DNA from: Octopus bimaculoides
Lineage: Eukaryota
NCBI RefSeq assembly: GCF_001194135.2
Contig: NC_069005.1
Coordinates: 32,122,529-32,161,689, forward strand
Direction of reading: 5' to 3'
Length of the DNA stretch: 39,161 nt
Part shown: positions 32,551 to 39,161 of the stretch, one piece after another
How the letters are laid out: every line of letters starts with the position of its first letter
Numbering within the stretch: the stretch's first letter is position 1
Translations under genes and position numbers: made by a program
The notes under the pieces: generated by a model
Databases searched by the model: none
Seen by the model: only the letters and a program-made list of their open reading frames with translations
Told to the model about the DNA's origin: nothing

Positions 32551-35517
32551 GTAATGTAAACGTATTATTTAAAAGAAATATAAATACATAAAACGTTAAT
32601 ATTTCCAAACAATTAAGCCATTGATCTACTTTCTGCTCTGTTGATATATTTTACCTGCTAAAAAGCAATTAAAACTTATTAATTAGCTTTCACCCTCAAC
32701 AGCTTGCATCATCCTTTTCACTTCATTAAACTGTGTCTTTACTATTTCTTCTTGTTCTCTAGTTCCAACCGTGACCATCCCTTCTACTTCTTTCTCTCAG
32801 GCTGTAGGGAGATGTTTGTGGTGTAATCTGAAAGGAATTTGGCACTGCTATTTCTAATGGGTCTAATTACCACTTAGACGTTGCCTCCTATTGTGATGCC
32901 ATTTGTTGCAGTTTCTGCTTGTTTTTCATTAGGTTAGGTCACTCAGACGTTCCAGTCGTGGCCCTCTCTTTTTTTTATCGATACAATTAATTTAATATCA
33001 GATTTTGTAATGTATTTTAAAAAAATACAGGCAATAGGCGCGGGAGCTTGTGTGTCTGTGTTTGTCCCCTCAACATCGCTTGACGCCCGATGCTGGTGTG
33101 TTTACGTCCCCATAACTTAGCGGTTTTGGCAAAAGTAACCGATAGTAAAAGTACTAGGCTTACAAAGAATAAGTCCTGGGGTCGCTTTGCTCGACTAAAG
33201 GCGGTGCTCCAGCATGGCTGCAGTCAAATGACTGAAACAAGTGGAAGAATAAAAGAAAAAACAACAGGCAATAGTATGTGAGTTGAGGGATACTTTTGTG
33301 GGTTTTTGTAAGATTAACCATGAACATCATCATTACTATCATCATGATGAAAGCCATAAAATTTTAGGTTTTTTTTTCCATCCCCCAGTGTTTGTTTATT
33401 TACTTTCTTTTTTTTTTTTTTTTTTTTTTTNNNNNNNNNNNNNNNNNNNNNNNNNNNNNNNNNNNNNNNNNNNNNNNNNNNNNNNNNNNNNNNNNNNNNN
33501 NNNNNNNNNNNNNNNNNNNNNNNNNNNNNNNNNNNNNNNNNNNNNNNNNNNNNNNNNNNNNNNNNNNNNNNNNNNNNNNNNNNNNNNNNNNNNNNNNNNN
33601 NNNNNNNNNNNNNNNNNNNNNNNNNNNNNNNNNNNNNNNNNNNNNNNNNNNNNNNNNNNNNNNNNNNNNNNNNNNNNNNNNNNNNNNNNNNNNNNNNNNN
33701 NNNNNNNNNNNNNNNNNNNNNNNNNNNNNNNNNNNNNNNNNNNNNNNNNNNNNNNNNNNNNNNNNNNNNNNNNNNNNNNNNNNNNNNNNNNNNNNNNNNN
33801 NNNNNNNNNNNNNNNNNNNNNNNNNNNNNNNNNNNNNNNNNNNNNNNNNNNNNNNNNNNNNNNNNNNNNNNNNNNNNNNNNNNNNNNNNNNNNNNNNNNN
33901 NNNNNNNNNNNNNNNNNNNNNNNNNNNNNNNNNNNNNNNNNNNNNNNNNNNNNNNNNNNNNNNNNNNNNNNNNNNNNNNNNNNNNNNNNNNNNNNNNNNN
34001 NNNNNNNNNNNNNNNNNNNNNNNNNNNNNNNNNNNNNNNNNNNNNNNNNNNNNNNNNNNNNNNNNNNNNNNNNNNNNNNNNNNNNNNNNNNNNNNNNNNN
34101 NNNNNNNNNNNNNNNNNNNNNNNNNNNNNNNNNNNNNNNNNNNNNNNNNNNNNNNNNNNNNNNNNNNNNNNNNNNNNNNNNNNNNNNNNNNNNNNNNNNN
34201 NNNNNNNNNNNNNNNNNNNNNNNNNNNNNNNNNNNNNNNNNNNNNNNNNNNNNNNNNNNNNNNNNNNNNNNNNNNNNNNNNNNNNNNNNNNNNNNNNNNN
34301 NNNNNNNNNNNNNNNNNNCTAATCGACTGTCCCCTCCCCCAAAATTTCGGGCCTTGTGCCTAGAGTAGAAAAGAACTGTGCAATCTTGGGTTGAACCTCA
34401 TTTTGTCTTCCGATATATATCCAGGCCAACCAAAGCCTTGTGAATAGATTTGGTAGAAAGACTGGATGCTTTTTATGTGGCTCAGGAAAGGTCAGTTTTG
34501 GCAAGGTTTTTCCAGTTGAGTGCCCTTCCAAATGCCAACCACTTTACAATGTGAACTAGATGCTTTTAAGTGGCACCAGCACTAGCTGCATCGCCAAATA
34601 AATTTACAAGACAAAAAGGAGAGGGGGCATTGGTGGAGGTGATCATGTATCATGATGAAAGGTTTAAATGTGACAGAGATAGAAACAGGGGTCTTGCTGT
34701 AGAGAAGGGGTAAGGTTACCTGGCCAGAGAGATAGAGAGAGAGTGTTCAAGAATGAGGACAAAAACTGGTCCTGCATTTTGTGGTGAAATGTTACCTTGC
34801 TTAGAAACAAGCAAAGGTTGGCAACAGGAAAGGCATCCGAGCAGAGAAAATCTGCCTCAAATTGCATCTGAACCTTACAAGCATGAAAATGCGGATCTTA
34901 AAATGATGTAATTTTCTCTTCTCTTCTCTTCAGTTTCATTTTTATTTAAAATTTCAAAATTTCTTTCTACTAAATTAAAGGATTTCCAAGAATGTCGCAG
35001 TCGATTAGTTGAGCGTGGAGAACTGTTCTTGGAGAAGGTGACCAAATCTCGTGACAAGATAAGCAAATTGTGCAAACCGTTTCTTCGGGATGGAATGGTA
35101 AGTCCTTGTCTTATTCCTTTCTCACGATTCTCAGCAAATGTAAGAATGGTGCCAAGGGAATTTAACGACGTTTTTAGGCACAAAAATATGGGAATCTTTC
35201 ATCCCAGATATGTCTTTTATATTTTACTTCTGCCAGTTGTTGGACTGTGGCCATGCTGGGGCACCACCCTGAAGATTTAGTTGAACAAGTCGGTTCCAGT
35301 ATTTATGGCATTGGTTTTGTTTTGATGAATCGCTAAGTTACAGGATATACATAAAACAACACCATTTCTCAAGCAGTAGGGATAACAGAAACATACACAG
35401 GTATATATATAATATATACGTCAAAGACTTTCCGTATTCCCGAGCGTCATACTAATACATCCTTTTGTTATTTATACCACCTGTCCTCGTCTGTTGTTGT
35501 TTTTTGTATATTCTCCC

Positions 35518-35550
<33 letters not shown>

Positions 35551-36018
35551 TAATAAATTATAGGGTAGCAAAAAAAATTTTAGAAATTTTATTTACCACC
35601 AGTGGTCTAGCGAGAGTAAAAAAACAGTCAATAGACTATGTATTATTCATTTAAAATGCAGAGATGTCTATAATAGGACATCTATTCGCTAGAAATAGCA
35701 GCAAAAGACTACATACCACAAAAATTAGGGATAATTTCGAAAGGAAATGAAAAATAAAAACTTTTACCNNNNNNNNNNNNNNNNNNNNNNNNNNNNNNNN
35801 NNNNNNNNNGTACCATGGTTTCAAGTCAATTTTAGTAAGATAAAGATTATATATCTTACTAAAATTGACTTGAAACCATGGTACAGAATATAGATTGGTA
35901 AAAGTTTTTATTTTTCATTTCCTTTCGAAATTATCCCTAATTTTTGTGGTATGTAGTCTTTTGCTGCTATTTCTAGCGAGTAGATGTCCTATTATAGACA
36001 TCTCTGCATTTTAAATGA

Positions 36019-36055
<37 letters not shown>

Positions 36056-38110
36056 TACATACACTCTGAACTTCCACACAGTTTCCATCTAGCAAATTTA
36101 CTCACAAAGGCCACAGTCTCTCTCACTTTACAGTTGTTGATCTCAGCAACCAATTGTTGGAAGAAGATTTTGGCTGCTATTTCTAGCAGATCAAGTGAAT
36201 GCCTTATCAGTTCATTGAAAAAATGGCAGGATTGTGTTCTGACAGTTTGTGTGAGTATGTATGAACAGCACAGTATTTAAGATAATCCCTCTCTCTCATG
36301 TGTCTCTCTATTCTCCATTCCACAGACTATACTCACCCATTCTCGGTCCCGTGTAGTTCTACAAGTCCTGAAGGAAGCAGCCCGCGACAAGAAGCGTTTC
36401 AATGTCTTCGTCACAGAATCGAGGCCAAATGAAAGCGGGTAAAAACAGTTTTTCTTTAACCATTTTAACACTAATCCAGCATTACAAAAACACTTCCATT
36501 GATAACTTTTGTTTGCACGTTGTATCAGTACAAACATCTGTTGTCTTATCAAGAACAGCAAATTAGTTTTTGACCTCATGGTCAACTCCAGTGCTCCCTG
36601 ACTGGCATTCGTGCCAGTGACACATACAAAGCGCCATTCAAGCGTGGTCAAGAAAAAGATGAAAGAAATAGTTATTATCAGTTTTTCATGCCAACCTTCC
36701 GTCATTGGACACTAAACTCAGCTTGCGAAGACCTGTTGGGGCAAATGAGATCAAAACTGAACCAAATTCGATGGAAATGTTTTCTCGTTGTTCTGAATCT
36801 TTCCCTCTCTTTTCACAGACGTGTTTTGTGCAATGAGCTAAAGAAAGCAAACATCCCTGCTCTGTTAATTCTAGACGCTGCTGTGAGGTGAGTATATGAA
36901 TAATTAGTATGAGTTTTAATTACTGGCATTAATTATCTTTATGACAATAATCATGTTATTAAGGGACTAATGAATAATGCTTAAATATATATGTGTGTAT
37001 ATCTATATATGAATGTAGCGAGATCGTTGCCAGTGCCACTGGACTGGCTCCTGTGCAGGTGGCACGTTAAAAAACAACTTTTTGAACAAACAAGATGAGG
37101 ACAAATATCCGTCAAATGTAAATAATGTAAAGGGTGAAATGTTTGTGACCCTGAGATACCTGCTGATGAGATGGAAAGGTTTCCAGCATTGCATTGCATT
37201 TAGAAGAGTTTGCAAAACTTCTCAGTAGCTCGTGCAGTTTTTGAATGGGGCAGACCATCTTTCATGTTTATTTTACCTGTATACACCTGTATTCTTTTAC
37301 AGTTCTGTCATGCCAGATGTTGATCTGGTTCTTGTTGGTGCTGAAAGTGTTGTAGAAAGTGGCGGAATCATCAACAGGGTAATGTATTGCTTTTTTTCTT
37401 TTTTTTTTCATTTTTTCATTTTTTTTTTAAACCAATTCTTAGTTGTCGTTTATTTGTCAGACGAATCAGACAGAGACATGCTATGTCCTCTCTCTGCCTG
37501 CTCTAACCCTACTATAGTGGCTTCCGCTCATCGAAACTACCAACTTACATCTTGCCTCTACACAGTGTTACATAACACACCTGATTTTCCTCCTCCTCCT
37601 CCTCTTGTCCAATGTACTGTGTCTCACCTGACAAAGGCCTCCCATGTTGTTATCTACACTCAACGCTAACTTCCCTACAATGGAAACTCTCTCTTATAAA
37701 TCCCCTCCCCCCAGACATGGCTGTATGGTTAAGAAGTTTGCTTCCAACCGCATAGTTTTTGATTCAGTATGGCACCTTGGGCAAGTTTCTGCTATAGCGC
37801 TGTAAATAAATAAATAAATATTACATTTGACAGAATAATCTGAAGGTTAAAAATTAATTAAAATACAATAAGCAGTGTATTCGTTAAGGAATATTGTCAC
37901 ATATTTCATGTTTTTTTTTTTTTTTTTTTTATATGTATATATATATTTATTTATGATGACTGTTTCTTTTCATTGAATTTTTAGATTGGTACCTTCAACA
38001 TTGCTCTTGCTGCCAAAGCCTTCAACAAACCAGTTTATGTTGTGGCCGAATTCTTCAAGTTTGCTCGGTTTTTCCCCCTCACTCAAAAAGATCTCCCCAA
38101 GAAATTTGAA
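32535..38110 (+). CDS. EIF2B1: Translation initiation factor eIF2B subunit alpha, partial (exons 2-3 not visible, last exon outside the window)
   Basis: Exons 32535-32550, 34981-35097, 36326-36438, 36819-36887, 37303-37378 and 37985-38110. Motifs [47 protein letters not shown] and KPVYVVAE. Confidence 0.95.
33038..33263 (+). mobile_element. Internally deleted SINE with an 11-bp target-site duplication
   Basis: ACAGGCAATAG at both 33027-33037 and 33264-33274. Confidence 0.85.
33431..34318. other. Assembly gap (others at 453-471, 1980-2541, 8855-9615, 10548-11344, 13592-13601, 35769-35809)
   Basis: Runs of N, mostly flanked by microsatellites or homopolymers. Confidence 0.99.
34981..35097 (+). 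CDS. EIF2B1: EIF2B1 exon 4
   Basis: [39 protein letters not shown]. Confidence 0.93.
35644..36021. repeat. Long near-perfect palindrome in EIF2B1 intron 4
   Basis: 35644-35768 is the reverse complement of 35897-36021 with one mismatch seen. Inner arms 35810-35842 and 35852-35884 are perfect. A 41-N gap interrupts the left arm. Confidence 0.9.
36326..36438 (+). CDS. EIF2B1: EIF2B1 exon 5
   Basis: [37 protein letters not shown]. Confidence 0.95.
36819..36887 (+). CDS. EIF2B1: EIF2B1 exon 6
   Basis: [22 protein letters not shown]. Confidence 0.94.
37303..37378 (+). CDS. EIF2B1: EIF2B1 exon 7
   Basis: [25 protein letters not shown]. Confidence 0.95.
37985..38110 (+). CDS. EIF2B1: EIF2B1 exon 8
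   Basis: [42 protein letters not shown]; GTAAGT donor. Confidence 0.95.
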
Positions 38111-38299
38111 GTAAGTCTATTTCCAGATCAACACCCTCACCTTTTTTTTTTTTTGTCATTTAGTTTTTGTTGCTTAGTTCCAGGTCAGTTTTGAGATGAT
38201 AGATGTATGAAGATGGGTTGTTCCAACCAGGGCCATCCATAAAAGAAAGAAATTTCTAGCGTTTTTGACGAGCTAGAATGATAATACTGCCAAAAAGGT

Positions 38300-38840
38300 G
38301 CAGATGTGGTTTCGGGTTCCATCCCACTGTGCGGCACCTTGTGCAATTGTTTTCTGCTATATCCGAGAGCTGACCAAAGCCTTCTGAGTAGATTTGGTAA
38401 ATGGAAACTGAAAGAAGCCCATTGTATACGTGTCCTTGTCTTGAGATTGCACAAAAGTTGTACATGCATATCACTGCTATCCGTTTCCAATATTCTGCAA
38501 AAACATGCCTGGCTATTGGGGAATATTACCTTGATTGGAAACAGATGAGTGTTAGCTACAGAAAGAGCATCTGGCTGTAGAAAATCTTCCTCATTGAATT
38601 CCATCTGACCCATGCATGCATGGAGAAATAGTTGATGTTTCTGTCATCATCATCATCATCATCATTTAGCATCTGTTTTCCATGCTGGCATGGGTCGGAC
38701 GATTTGACTGAAAACTGGTAAGTTGGAGAGCTGCACCGGGTTCCAATCTGATTTGGCAAGGTTTCTACAGCCAGATGCCTTTCTTAACGCCAACCACTCC
38801 AAGAGTGTAATGGGTGTATTTTACGTGACACCAGAAAAGG
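38300..38840. mobile_element. Cluster of SINE and tail-repeat fragments in EIF2B1 intron 8
   Basis: Matches to the composite SINE head (38300-38450) and to the (ATG)n-tailed repeat (38560-38840). Confidence 0.7.
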
Positions 38841-39161
38841 TCTTTGAAGAGGAAAGTGGGGCATTGGAAGAAGGAATCTTGTTGCATAACAAAATACTGC
38901 ATCCCTACAAGTCATTATTAATCATAAATCTTCTATAAATACATAGAACCCTTTGGGTATAATTTATATAAGTTTGTAAACACACATTTATAAATTTCTT
39001 TGGCCATTTGTGCGTGTGATGTGTTGTGTATGGATAGAAGACATTTAGAAGAAATTTAAATATATGGTGATGATGCTCTGCCGATTATGCGATGCCCTTA
39101 TACCCTGTAGGCTTTTCTTTTTCCTGCTAGCATTGTTTTCTTATTCTTCATTTCAGTACAA

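Noticed and set aside
33001-33037. AG|AT TTT GTA ATG TAT TTT AAA (DFVMYFKKI) resembling the start of EIF2B1 exon 2
   Set aside because: After removing the TSD-flanked SINE, the frame continues as [11 protein letters not shown] with no match to the conserved ASAVAAIRTL motif.
1-39161. CRISPR arrays, operons or prokaryotic/viral contamination
   Set aside because: No regular repeat-spacer structure and no long intronless ORFs; all genes are spliceosomal.

Overview
This is AT-rich, microsatellite-saturated eukaryotic scaffold DNA with seven N gaps. The repeat content suggests an octopus/cephalopod genome (inference). Three conserved spliced genes can be built by hand: a complete vitamin K epoxide reductase (VKOR, + strand, 3 exons, 167 aa), a complete TFIIH p34 gene (GTF2H3, - strand, 12 coding exons, 314 aa, one U12-type intron), and a partial eIF2B-alpha gene (EIF2B1, + strand; exons 2-3 probably in a gap, last exon beyond the window). 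GTF2H3 and EIF2B1 are head-to-head with 250 nt between start codons, the same arrangement as in human. The rest is SINEs, REL-type and RTE LINE relics, Tc1/mariner and piggyBac-like relics, a candidate solo LTR, a U6 pseudogene joined to a SINE tail, degenerate hammerhead-like motifs, a tRNA-like remnant and a ~380 bp palindrome. Almost all supplied ORFs are microsatellite or gap artefacts. I see no unmistakable new multi-gene system. The best leads are the VKOR Asn80-to-Ser change, a candidate divergent spliced micro-ORF at the VKOR promoter, the conserved bidirectional pair, the U12 intron and the U6-SINE chimera. Reference-protein comparisons are from memory, and repeat boundaries are approximate.
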